64,000 bases of DNA from Tubiluchus corallicola. Lineage: Eukaryota; Animalia; Priapulida. The translations under genes and the position numbers were made by a program. The stretch covers positions 372,001 through 436,000 of the forward strand of contig JAQGDQ010000140.1 in the NCBI GenBank assembly GCA_030141605.1, in the 5' to 3' direction. Positions 48,201-61,051 of this stretch are shown here, piece by piece (the first letter of the stretch is position 1; each line of letters begins with the position of its first letter). The notes under the pieces are model-generated. The model was not told the DNA's origin, ran no database searches, and worked only from the letters and a program-made list of their open reading frames with translations.

Positions 48201-51200
48201 AAAAGTACTGTGGATTCTATAACTGTAGAAAACTTTGTAGAAATGGAAGAGATAGCTTCTTCATTTGTTGAGCAATGATACCAGTTGGTCGCATATAAAA
48301 TGTTATAACAAATTCCTTGTAAGCCGAGTCATTTTTTTATACAGTTTGGCGTGTTGCAAACTGGGATCATGCACTTAATGACATGGTCTGCTCAGTGTTG
48401 CTGTTTGTGGCAGGACCAGAACTCATCAAGGAAAATCCGTTACGAGCAAACACTGAACTGACTTGATATATATTGTCCTCTAAACAAATTGAATATTTAT
48501 ATAGCGTGGCAGTTGAGACACCTCAAAACAGTACTGAACCCATCGGTCATGTGTCCATTCACTAGCCAGGTTCGCATTGATTAACTTCATACACTCGTAG
48601 TCATTTGGTTAAAAATATATGAATGTCTTTATTAAAAATATTAAAAGCGTTTTACTTTGAAAACGACATCAGGACTAGAAGTTAATAAGTATATTGCACT
48701 GGCAGTCGTTTTTAAATTGAAATGTAATCATGATTTTGTTTTAAATAATCAGTTTTAATACTCTAAATAAGGACGATTCACTAAAGTGGCTTTTACATCT
48801 TTGGCAGGTAAGAAATTTGGACTGCGCCTTGAAGAAGCCATTTACGGAGCAGATTTGCATGGAGTTCGGCAGATGATTATCTTTGGCTTGAAGGGAATGG
48901 CGACTTATGCCAGACATGCAGCTTTGCTGGGACAAGAGTCACGAGACATTTCTGCATTTGTATTTGAGGTAACTATTTGCAAAAGGTTGCATTTCATTTT
49001 ATGTGGGTGGTGTGCTATGGTGTGGGTGGCAATACATATATATATATATATATATATATGCAAGTAAAATCAATAATATAAATTAAATGAAAGATTGTGT
49101 AAAATATTAAAGATGATTTGCTTTGCCAATGTATGACTGTTTGACTATTTCCATATTAACACTTGTTTTCCATGTCTACACTGGTTTCAATATCAACACT
49201 AGTGTTGTTGTATGGCGTAGGAGGTGTGGTGCGGTGTGGATGGTGTGTTATGATTGGTGCAGTGGGTTAGTGTGGATGGTGTGTTGTGAGTGGGGCGTGG
49301 GTGGTTGTGTGTTGTGAGTTTATGCACAAAATTCTTTTTGCAGGTTGGCCAGTTATTAATTGATTACACACACTAATCACATCATCAGATCTCATAAAAG
49401 TAATCGTATTTGATCTGGTCATTTAGCTTCTTCCTTTGCTCTCACACAGAAATGGCTGTTTTGCTGAAAGATCTTTGTAAAAGTTCGTAAAATTTCAAGA
49501 CTACCAGCTGCTGATGATGTACGGTTAAACCAACTTGGTTCCGTGCCATTCAGTATCGATCAGCAGGATTAAAGATTTTCAGTTTAAGATTTTGTTCACA
49601 GCAGTTGCATCATTGCTATTGCTGTATTTAAGGAACTAAAGTTACAAAGCATAGTAGTACTGAATAACTGTGATTTAAATTGTAACTGATATTGCATGCA
49701 GAGGAAAATAATTACGTGGATATTTCAATATAAATATATCGAATAGATCAATATGTTGGTAAAACAGCCTGGCGTGTTTTTTCTGAAAAGTCATTTTATA
49801 AGTTTGATTCTCTGGCAGTATCGTACCAAAAAAAAACTTCAAAAATGTCAATCCTATTGAGCATAATCCATCTAAACTGCTACTGATCCTTCATATCAAT
49901 TCAGCACATCAGTAAAAGTAGTGTGAGTATAGAAACTGCCAGCAGTATATGATAACTATTCCGTAAGTTAACATTACGAATGAACATTTGTTTAGCTCAT
50001 GCTTTACGAACAGCTGTCAATAATCAGACAGGCAGCCATCTTTTCCATTCATGGTACTCCCCAGTGAAGAACTTTATAATGAGTTGAATGATTTCTACCG
50101 ATTTTTGTGAAAAACATTTAGGCAGTCGATTTCTTAGAAACTAGTGCAGAATCTGACAGGACCAATTTGGCCACGAACCTGGGATTGGCTTTGCGGGTTG
50201 GTGAAGTAAATTTGAAAGGCATGGAACTGCTGGACAAGGGTCATCGTGACCAGTTTGGAACTCCATCTCCCCACGAGGTCTCAACAGCTCCTGTGCCTGG
50301 AAAGGTATAATTTGAAATTTCTGTCATTGGTTCCTGATCTTTGTCTTTTACTTCTTGTTTTAATTGAAAACTTGATTGCATGATATAATAACTGCAAGAA
50401 TTAGTAAGGAGATCAATGGTTGGGGTAACTTCCTGCATTTCTGATGAAGATATGTGGTCTCAAGCTATTTTTATCAATATTTATGATTCAAAGTGAATTA
50501 AATTTTTGAAAATTTTACAAAATCCCGAAAATTTTACAAGATTTTTCAGAAGAATGGTATCTGCAAGCACACTGCAAACTAGAATCTAACACTCAATGGT
50601 AAGGTCTACGCAAAGCTGATATTTGTGGCAAAACAGGATCCTGGCTCAATATAAAGGCTAACATTCTAAGATGAGGCACTAAAATATGACATGAAAGACA
50701 TATTTCTATTCAACTAGGACTACAAAACTAATTTACATAGTGAGAGACTGGTGAATGACTGGTGAACACTAGTCTCTCACTACGTAAATTAGTTTTGTAG
50801 TCCTAGTTGAATAGAAATATGTCTTTTATGTCATATTTTAGTGCCTCATCTTAGAATGTTAGCCTTTATATTTAGCCAGGATCCTGTTTTGCCACAAATA
50901 TCAGCTTTGCGTAGACCTTACCATTGAGTGTTGGATTCTAGTTTGCAGTGTGCTTGCACTAAACTCCACAAAAAGGATTATTTTGTTTCTTTGAAGGAAG
51001 TTAACAGCCAAGCGTTAAACGTATTCATAGTACTATCACTACCTATTACTGTGCATTCAGATTAGTGAGTTTCTGATACGAGTTTCCTCCGTGACAGCAA
51101 TCTCACACGTGTGAACTGCTTTGTGAGTTACTGTTGGCAAGTTATTGCAAATTCTGTAACAGGTGCTGCGAGTTGATTTCCTACAAGCTAGTATGAATGC

Positions 51201-54200
51201 CTTGTCGAGTTAACTCTCGACACTTCGGAGATTAACTCGCAGCAAGATTTGTTCTCTAGTCTGATCACGCTTGGAAATTACTTGGCGAGTGACTGAGCAA
51301 GTTCACAAGACCTGAAAACTCGCTAATCTGAACGTGCCATTAGACATGAATGTGCTCATGAAAAGTGATGCATTTTGTATCATGCGATATCTTCGAGAGT
51401 CACTTTCCTAGGAGCTGTACGTTTTAATAATAGCTCGATTATAATTCTTCTTTTCCTTTATCGTTTAAGGCGATCCTTGTGTCTGGCCATGATCTTGTTG
51501 ATCTTTTGGCTGTACTGAAAGCTACTGAGAAAACTGGTATCAATGTTTATACACACGGAGAGATGCTGCCAGCTCACGGATATCCCAAATTGCGCAAATA
51601 TAAGGTAAATTCATTAAGGTTAGTCTAGGCTGATGTGGTCGCATGACCAAGATAGCAAAAGTTGTTGCCTTTTGTGATCTAGATATTGTAGTATGAAAAT
51701 CTGTCATCACGGTATTATGTTAGACATGTTATGGATTGACGGTGCTGTTATAGAAATTTCATTGCTTCTTACTTGAGAATGTCATATTTGTTACATTGTT
51801 AGAATACAATTGTTTTTTTTTATATATCATATTATTTTCAATAAAAGAAGCAAAAAACAAAATGGTTTATTCAAAAATTTGAATTGCATAGAATACAGTT
51901 TGTCTATACATTCAGAGCGCTGAGTTCAAATTAGCTCAAGTTTTTGCAAATTCCATTCCTTGAGTTTAATTTGGCTAAAGAATTTGATGATTTGTCGCTA
52001 ATCACTGCAATCTCTCAGAATCTGGTGGGACATTTTGGAGGAGCTTGGATGCTGCAGAAATTTGAGTTTCCGAGATTTCCCGGTCCGATCGTCGTGACAA
52101 CAAACTGCATCATTGAACCACATCACTCGTACAAGGACAGACTTTTCACCCTAAACGATGTCGGGTGGTCAGGTAATTTCATTAATTAAATTGTTCATGA
52201 CAAATATTTATCTTATAAATTGTGATTACCATCCTTTACAAAATGTCGGAGCTGTTAACTTCTCTTCATAAACATTTGGACAACACCTGCACGAGTAACA
52301 ACAGCAAAATGGAAAAAGTTGTGTACTGTAAAAGGTTCATTATCGTGACCTAAGAATTACACGCAAATTTTGTTGTTGTTTGCTGACATAATTTGTGTTA
52401 ATGTTACATAACCTTGTTTTGTTACATATCCATATAAAATTGAAATTGTCACTTGATGAGAATTCCCCATTTGTTAAAGGCTGTAAACACTTGGATTTAT
52501 CACGTGACGATCACATGGCAGACCTGCTGTCCTCTGCTATGAGCTGCGAAGGCTATACTCGGGAGTTTTGTGATTCCTACAAAGACAGAGACGGGAAGTT
52601 GACTGTAGGATTTGGGCACGACTTCCTGCTTGCTAATGCCGGAAAGGTATGCATGTCTCAAAATGTTGTTGATTGTAGACACTGTTTTTAAAAAGGAAAT
52701 TAGAAAATGAAGCATATCACTACAGTATTTTTACAACTTTTTACCTTCATGAGTTTATGCAAAAAAGGTAAATATCCACCATTGTGAATGCCTGCAGTCA
52801 ACTGGTCCAATTTCTGGTATTAAATTAGAGCGTGTTTTATAGATATTTGCTTATTTTGTGATTTTAATAAAGTTTGCTTTTAGAAATAATAGTGAAATGT
52901 GCTTCATATCATATCACTATTGCTGGGTACTCACACCCACTTGTTGTTTTGTTTTAATCCCAAGTAATTATATTGGTGAATTAATATAATTTTGACTGTA
53001 ATCTTACTCTTGAAGCAACAGGGACAGATTACATATTGTTTGTGCACACCCTTAAAGTAATTTTCGAGGAGGCCAAGCATTCAGGGTATTTTCATTTATG
53101 TTTTAAATCTCACATTTTGCTGTAACGGTTTGATCTGTAAAATAGATTATGTATTACACTTGCATCATTTTTTTGCTTTAATGTTCTAGTTTATTGTGTT
53201 TATTGTGACATGTCATAATTGTCGAAAACACTACACAGTTACGGCACATTCAGACTATCAAGTTTCCTCTAGCGAATTCTCTCTGAGAGTAAACACGCAA
53301 GTGTGAACGGCTTTGCAAGAACTGTCTTGAGTTTTGCTGAGTGTAAACTCATGCTTACTGTTGGAGAGAATTTGCAGCAACTCTTGGGAAAGTTCGCAAA
53401 AACTTACCGGCAGAACTTGCAAAACCGTTCACGCTTCTGAGTTTACTCTCAGAATTTACTCGTCTGTCAGAGTAAGATACCCAACTTGGAATCGATCCCA
53501 CAACTTCTCAGATAGGAAGTAGTTACTTATAAATTATTTACACACTGTAACAGTTTTACTGTATATAATGTACACAGGTTACAGCACAAATGTTTGTTCT
53601 TAAACTAAAAAGAATAGCAAAGAATGACTTGGATGCTATGCTAACACTGACATGTAGCTCATGTTTTTTCACTTTGTATACATTTCAGGTAATAGATGCA
53701 GTAAAAAGTGGAGGACTTAAAAGAATTTTTGTTGTGGGCGGATGCGATGGCTCAGAAAATCGTAGAAGTTATTACTCCACACTTGTAGAAAGTTTACCAC
53801 AAGATACAGTCGTATTGACCTTGGGCTGTGCCAAGTACAGGTGAATTTTTACTTTACATATATTATATTGTATTATATTGTAACTGTGGGAAATGTTTTT
53901 CTAGTTTTTGTGTATAAGTGTATTGCGTTTTATTGCTTTGAGTAATGCAGTTACTTCATTGTTTCCGACTTCAATGATCTTAACCCACTTAAGACTTGTT
54001 CAAAGTTGTATTGTTAGTATAGGTCAGATCAGATTTCAGTTCAATGCTGTAATTTCTTGCTTATCAAATATCTGTTGCAACACTAGCATCACAGTAATAA
54101 CTTCTATGAAAAGATGTTTGCTAATTTTGAACTATTTGCAGCCACCCATTGCTTATCTTACAAATGTTTTAGCTGCTGCTGTTTAATAAGAATTTAAAAG

Positions 54201-55074
54201 CACTGTATTTGATTGATGGTGAAAGGCTGTCAGAATTGTATATGAAGCTTTGCAATCCTGGTAGCATAAAGTCATTGAGCATTCTCGTCAACATCATTTT
54301 GAGGAAAATGTGTTGCCGAGTAGCAAGGTGCTCTGATTGGTGACTAGTCAATCGTAGTTAAGAACTGTTGTTCCAAGGCTTCTTGGGTGAACTGCTTCAA
54401 AAAATACTCGTTGTTGGTGGTTTTAGTAGCCATACTGTTTCTTGCTGTTTGCCTCATAGAGTGTGTGTGTGTGTATTCACCTCCGAATGATGCTAAGATG
54501 GTCAGTGACATCATCTTACAGACACCTTGGCAAAGAGTCATGTTTCATGAAAATCCAGTTAAGTAGGACTGTGTTGTTGCACACCAGTTTCTAGCTTGCT
54601 GCATGTCAGGTCGTATAAGGAAACACAACACAGTTGATTAAACTGCAAGCAGACGAAGATGTAGAGAAGTAATTGAAAAAGTTATTGTACAAATTGCTTT
54701 CATTCTACAGGTTTAATTACAAAGACCTGGGCATGTTAGGTGAGTCAGGAATCCCTCGCTTGCTGGACATGGGACAATGTAATGATGCATATGGAGCTGT
54801 GGTCGTCGCTTCGGCTTTAGCTGATGCTTTCAACACCGATGTCAACTCTCTGCCTATATCCCTTGCTATTTCCTGGTTTGAACAGAAAGCTGTTGCTGTC
54901 CTGTTGACTCTGCTTCATCTGGGAATCAAGAACATTCGACTGGGTCCCAAATTGCCGGCTTTCCTGACACCCAATGTGTTGAGAATTCTTGTAGACAAAT
55001 ACAACATTCAACCTACAGATAATCTACATCCACTTGATGACATGAAGTTGATGATGGAGCAGAAAGTTGGGTAA
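45296..55074 (+). CDS. hcp: Hybrid cluster protein (HCP / prismane / hydroxylamine reductase) with predicted mitochondrial presequence; 11 coding exons, 633 aa
   Basis: Exons 45296-45479, 46377-46584, 47594-47699, 48049-48136, 48808-48968, 50122-50304, 51470-51604, 52019-52172, 52480-52646, 53689-53840, 54711-55074. All introns are GT-AG and the total of 1902 nt is open. Motifs: [23 protein letters not shown] (Cx2Cx8Cx5C cubane), [112 protein letters not shown]. An in-frame TAA upstream of the ATG fixes the start. Confidence 0.96.
50562..50958. repeat. Long near-perfect inverted repeat (2 x ~192-bp arms, 13-nt spacer)
   Basis: 50562-50753 is the reverse complement of 50767-50958, with about five mismatches by manual comparison. 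It lies in hcp intron 6. Confidence 0.95.
51051..51338. mobile_element. MITE with ggcacgttcagattagcgagttt-type termini
   Basis: Left gtgcattcagattagtgagttt vs right aaactcgctaatctgaacgtgcc. A related copy starts at 53243. Confidence 0.65.
53243..53466. mobile_element. Related palindromic MITE relic in hcp intron 9
   Basis: Begins ggcacattcagactatcaagtttcc, similar to the 51051 element. Internal inverted arms ctctgagagtaaacacgcaagtgtgaacggctttgcaag / cttgcaaaaccgttcacgcttctgagtttactctcag. Confidence 0.6.
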
Positions 55075-58000
55075 CGTTTCTATGACGACTGCATTGTGCT
55101 TTGCATGTTATGTGCTTGTATATTAGTGCTGGACAGCATATTAAAAACTTAGAAATTGAACACAAATCAAATCATTACATTAGTTTTACCATTGATCAAA
55201 TTAGTCTGCTCAGGTTTTAGTACATTTGAATTTGTTCTACTGTATCATCCTTGTTGTTATATTTACATGTTATGTAAATATTGGTTAATCATAATGGGCT
55301 ACTGAATATGATGTTTCAACAAAGGTTTCATTGTTGTTAGCCCTGATTTCGTGGAATTTTAACAGTCTAGAAGAACTGCAGCTGAAAAATTGCAGGAAAA
55401 ATTGTATCGCATTCCTGTAATAAACACTTTACATTAAGTTTTACATTAAGTTTTCTGCCTCGTATGCAGTAGAAAATTTTTTGCGTAGTGCTGAAGCGAT
55501 ACCATTCAACTTTCAGGCATTCACCTCACAACTGCTGAAAAAGTAACTTTAGAGTTTGCAAATTGAAGTATTTTTGGAAGAAGCAATGGACTTACTAGGT
55601 GAAAACGAGAGATCAGTTTATAAATTAGATTTGCTAGTAGTTGTAAATTTGTAGCTCGTTGTTGCAGCATTGAAATTTTCTGTTAACTGTTAATTTTATT
55701 TTCTTATCATCAATTGAATTTCAACTGCAAATTTTGGAATATTTGTAGAACTTGTAAATACCTGTAATAAAATAGTTACTTGATTTTAATTTGTCATAGG
55801 TTTCGTCATTTCACACTGTTTATATGTAATCATCAATGGCTTCAGTAATTGCTGAAGCAAGAATTGTAAAATTTTGTAATTTTGCTTCAAATGATAATTT
55901 TGTGTCATTCTAGTGAAATCGTACATCTGTCCACGCCTGGCAGCGTTTGATTATTGAGATATCCTGGTCAGGTTCCTGCTGATCACATCAGGTGTGGTGT
56001 AGTAGTGTACGATCTGGATAGGGTGTGGCCTTAACGAATCTATGTTGCTGTGATTTAGGTTTTTTAGTCTGTTCCGCGTACTGACAGATGTTTTGGTGAG
56101 TATAATCTCTGTAGTCAGAATTTTAGAATGTGAGCTCAAGTTGTGTGTAAATACTTTTATATATACATGATTTTAGCACGTACTGCATAGGTGGCTCAGA
56201 TGTATTGCTCTTATAGATACATAGACATATGCCCTTTATGTATAAACTATTTGACAGCAGCCTTTTTGTAGTCCTCTATTATCATGGTTTTCTATTATAT
56301 TGGTTTTGCTGGTGTTTACATTTGTGACTCATTGCACTTATGTAGTGAAACAATTTACTGCCTTTGTAAATAGTGGTCTTTATATCTCATGTCTCTAGAC
56401 TTTTAATTTTTATTTCTTCTGAAGAGTTTTTTATACTGTTTCACACTTTGCAAGCTCTGACACTCATCGTTTATATTTTGGTGCCATTTGTACAGTGTTT
56501 GTTTTTTTACTTTTAATTGCATTTTTCTTGGGAATAATATCTCATTTTGTTTTTTCTAAGTAGAAAGTGAACAGTAGCTGTTTGTGTATGAAAACTCATT
56601 ATGTACTTACTTACGCACATCATAGCAGTGAGAATAGATTGAAAATTGTTTGTAAATAGAAGATCATAATTGGTTATTGATTTATTGATGATCATTTTTA
56701 TATTTGATTCACATGCTGTCCACGAATTGCAAAAAATAAGAAATCAAAATTACCATTGCCTTGAACACCTAATACACACGTTCCAGGTAAAACCATAATC
56801 TGCTCTATGCTGTATTGCCTATAATTTTTGCTGACAGTGAATGTTAACATATACTTGAGATGTCCTACACCATCACTGTAATCATCCTCACTGCATTTCC
56901 TGAAGGGAATTTTATCTGGTGGAGATGCAATATTTGAAAACGGTAGGTTTGACTCATGTGTAAAACATTACCAGTAGATCATTTTCTATTTTTATGCGTT
57001 ATTATTTTGCTATACATGTATGATGTTGTAATATTAGTGCAGATTCTAGTTATTGCTCTTAGCTATTTATCTAGTGATCTAATCTAATCTATAGGCCTAA
57101 CTAAATTCACACCAACAAGCAAATGCCTAATTGGCTTTTGACAATTAAATAACGTCATTATAAAACCATGTGCATTGTGTTTAGTGTATTTAACAGTACA
57201 TCCACACACAACAACGCTTTGGATAATTGGACGTTGAAATTCTCGGTTATTGGTTCAAATAACAATATCACCGTGTTCAGAATTCAATACAGTTCTCTGT
57301 TGTAAATACGTAATTGTTTAGTAGTTTGACCAATGTAATTACATTCACATCTGCTACACAACAACTCATAAACTGCATTATTGCACTAGAAATGTTTATT
57401 CAACAACTTCCAACGATCGTACGTTTTTTGAGTTCTTCCGTTATTATCGATGCTACAGTTAGGTTGGGCAAACAGTTAGACAGTTTTGTAGTCAAAGTAC
57501 TCTACAAAATTTATTTGTTTGCACGTTTTCAGTGGTGAGGCAGCGTTGATTGTCACCACTTTCAACTTGGTTATGTCCAAAGATCATTCGAGTTAAATTA
57601 TGTTGTTTCTCTGTTTGTTTAGTAGCTTTGTGTTAAACAAACGTGTTTTATAAAACTGATTGTATAGCTACAAATCTTCATTTTAATTTAATGAAATTTG
57701 TAGTCCATTACAATAAAGTTATTAAGGATTTGTAAATAGGCATATAATACTAATAAAATGTTAATGAATAATATTCCTACTAATAATAACTGCTGACGTT
57801 GTCTGAATGGAACAAACTATTCATAATAAATGTTTAACACAAAATAAGTCAGACGAAACTTTCGCCTATTTAATTATGTTAAATTTAAAAACTTTATTAT
57901 CTCATAAAAACATACAATGTTACCGAAATCCCTGCAAACAAAAAAAGAACAAAGAAAAAAGACGAACTATTATCAATATTCTGCGCATATACGGCACATT

Positions 58001-60856
58001 GTAGTTTCATCGCTTATTAGCACTAAAATATGCAAAGTAATTTAGAGCAAAACTACTACAGAGTTTTAAACATTTTGTCTGAACGCATTTCGCAAAAACG
58101 GCGCACACACTACATACAGTGAAAATAAACTTCCTGCTATATATACATTACATATACTACAACTATAGTTATTAAAACAAAGTCAGCGTCAGTAAACAAA
58201 CTCACCATTGAGATTCATAATGCTGCCATCTATACAAGGATAACCAAACTAATAGAATAGTTACAGTAGTTAATCATTTCTGTAATCACACATAATTGTT
58301 TTAATGCAAAACGCTGCCGCACTAGTGACCAACGTACATTAATAAGGTAGTTGCATTTTGAATAAAGCAAATCTTAGTCTGATACGCCTGCACAAAACTC
58401 AAATATTGAACAATTTACAGAATCTGTAGTCAGCTGAATATGACGACTGTAATGTCTCTCACAGTCAAATGAACAATATTAACATTTTTTTAAATGTATA
58501 TCATTAAATTAAATAACAACCTATGAACTAAAAACTATTACTTCTCTTGCAGCAACTGCACTACCTGTATACAAAAGTAAAGTCCTACAACAATGCAAGA
58601 GCAAGTGTAAGCAATGCAGACTTCTGTTATCTCCAAAACAGCAAGCGATTAGCTCTTATATATTTCATTTTTTTATATTGACTGAGGAACAAATACTATC
58701 ACACAAATTACAAATCCACTGTGCAGTTAAAAGAATAAAATACAACCGTTTTTTATTATAGTTACATTGGAACAGAGCAGGCTATTAAGAAACAGGCATA
58801 TGAAATAAAACTGTTGTCTTTAAATTACATTTTCTAGACAATATCAAGAAAGACAATATGATCAGCTTAATCAGAAGACAAGAAAGTGGATGATGATCAC
58901 AAATTCAGAATGTAATACAGTAGACTACGCATAATTTGGCTCTGCGTAAATCGGAATATTGTTCATCTCAGACACACTCGGCGGAATGGATTTGTTTCTA
59001 TATATCTGAATTCGCTTTATCGAGCAAGTCGGACAGTTTCGTTGGCCCCTAGCCATCCGAAAGTTTACTGTACTCTCCCTATCTCATAGCGCTATGAACA
59101 ATGAAACAAACAATGAAAGCTTATGCAGCTAGGCTAAAGCTATACATACTCGTCACACATCCAGCCTCCGCTTGGGTATTAGTTACTTACCTAAGTAAAA
59201 TTTATAAACATGGCAAGTTCATCTATATTCCTAACACATAAAAATAATTAGTGGAAATAAACAATGAATAAAAAACCCTGCACTAGAATTACATATCCAG
59301 TATACACTAGTAACAGTTACTTAATAATATAATATATACATAATATAACACTTTGTTTAGCCAAGAACTGAGGAATTCGATGTAAATGTTAGCATTGCAC
59401 GAAGTATTGTTCAACGCATTGCACATAATGCGAATAACATTATCCTTTCTTACAACACCACCGGTAAATGTCACAACAGCTAACTGTGGTTAATATATAC
59501 AGGCTTGTTCTAAACTGTGTTATCATTAACATACAACAAAAAGTTCAAAAAATAGAGAAAATAAATTTACATGAAACACAAACGCATCTCGTATAAAAAC
59601 AAAGCAAATGTTCAGTAAAAGGAATGTCTTTAATTGTTTCCGGGACAGTTAAGTAAGTGAACATGCTGCAGTTAAACAAGTGAACATGCTATCGTGAGTG
59701 AGACTGCATCACCATTATGCTTTCTGACAAAACAACGTATCTGAAATCGACTCCACTATTGAAAGTTCACTAGCAGAAGACACTCTTTACAACAGAGCGA
59801 AACACACGTGGACCTCAGACACAGTACTTGCATCAGCTTATTCTAAGGGTATCAGCAAATGTGATGCATACATAACCTAACCTATTGGCTGGAACGAAGC
59901 TGGATCAATTCCAAAACACTTTTGTACCATTTCTAACTTCCATATCGTTGCACATTTCTGCACTTTTACATAAATTGCACGATGCTCCATGCTGGTGTTA
60001 CTAACCCAAAGAAATTTGGCAGTGTTAGAAAACTGATCAATCAGATCGAATCTGCAGCATCTCGTTTAAACAAATAATTATTTTTAGAAAGACTATGCTC
60101 ACCAGGAAGCATTAAAAGAAAACAACTCGCTAGAAATCTGCGGTACTATTAGAGATTAACGTTTACATCTTCTACGCTAATGAATGCTTAAAAACAGGAT
60201 AATGATTTAACAACACAAATATATACATGTACAGCTTTATACCGTCAAGGCCACATGTCAACATCTGTTATTAGTTTTATCTACATTCACACATCGTTAT
60301 TCTAAATGACCACAGACATAGGCGAAGATCACATAACATGCAGAGATGAAAAGTTAGGGATGACCGAGGAAAATTAATTAAATAAACCCAACGTCGTAAT
60401 AGTATTTTACCATTACACTTGTAATTATTATTATTATAAACGATAATAAACTTTACACATTTATGTTTCCAGACTAAGCAAATATCACCTTACATGCAAT
60501 GAAAATGGATATAATGGACTAAGTGTTTAGAACTGTTTTTAAGAATTTTATAACATTGCTCACAAAGTGAATAAGCTATTAATCCAATAATAACACCTAA
60601 GTTATATAATTTTTTAAATTTCTATCGCGAATAAGAAATACTTAGATTCGAGAAGCTTATCATGTAAAGACATTTATATCGAATTACTGATAGCATGCAC
60701 TATACGTCACAGTAATAAAAGTTTTATTTTGAAACACTATGTAGGACTTAGCGTCCACGCAGTCTGACAGCAAAGAGAAACGCTTGCTCAATGGTCACAC
60801 ATCTGTCTAAGCCGGAAAAGTCTACCAATTTACCACAATTTGCAGTTCAGTTAGCC

Positions 60857-61051
60857 TCAGACAGGTGTGGCTGCCGAGGGTGCACTTGTCGTGGGCACGC
60901 TTTCGCCCGACGGACGAGAACCGTGCATAAGGGAGAGACGTTTTGCTTGCAGATGAGTCACAACGTTTTGCAAGGAAGGATTGTTTGCTAGTTGACTTGT
61001 TTCGTATCGGTTCGAATCTACTCCCATGCGAAATGCGTTAACAACGCGAAT
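60857..61051 (-). CDS. ATP2B: Terminal coding exon of a plasma-membrane Ca2+-ATPase (PMCA); most of the gene lies beyond the right edge
   Basis: A strong minus-strand acceptor (cttcttttctttctttcag) is followed in phase 0 by IRVVNAFRMGVDSNRYETSQLANNPSLQNVVTHLQAKRLSLMHGSRPSGESVPTTSAPSAATPV*. IRVVNAFR is the second half of the PMCA calmodulin-binding helix at splice site C. The terminal TPV is a class I PDZ-binding motif, as in PMCA b-type tails. Confidence 0.85.
   Translation of the reverse strand: MRVVNAFRMGVDSNRYETSQLANNPSLQNVVTHLQAKRLSLMHGSRPSGESVPTTSAPSAATPV

Noticed and set aside
45296-55074. hcp as bacterial or symbiont contamination
   Set aside because: It has ten spliceosomal introns containing host-like repeats, a presequence exon, and AT-rich context continuous with the flanking animal genes.
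55951-56139. 62-aa minus-strand ORF downstream of hcp
   Set aside because: It has no motif and no clear splice signals, and is probably the antisense of hcp 3' UTR sequence.
58890-59010. Box C/D snoRNA (ATGATGA...CTGA) on the + strand
   Set aside because: There is no convincing terminal stem, no recognisable rRNA antisense element and no + strand host intron.
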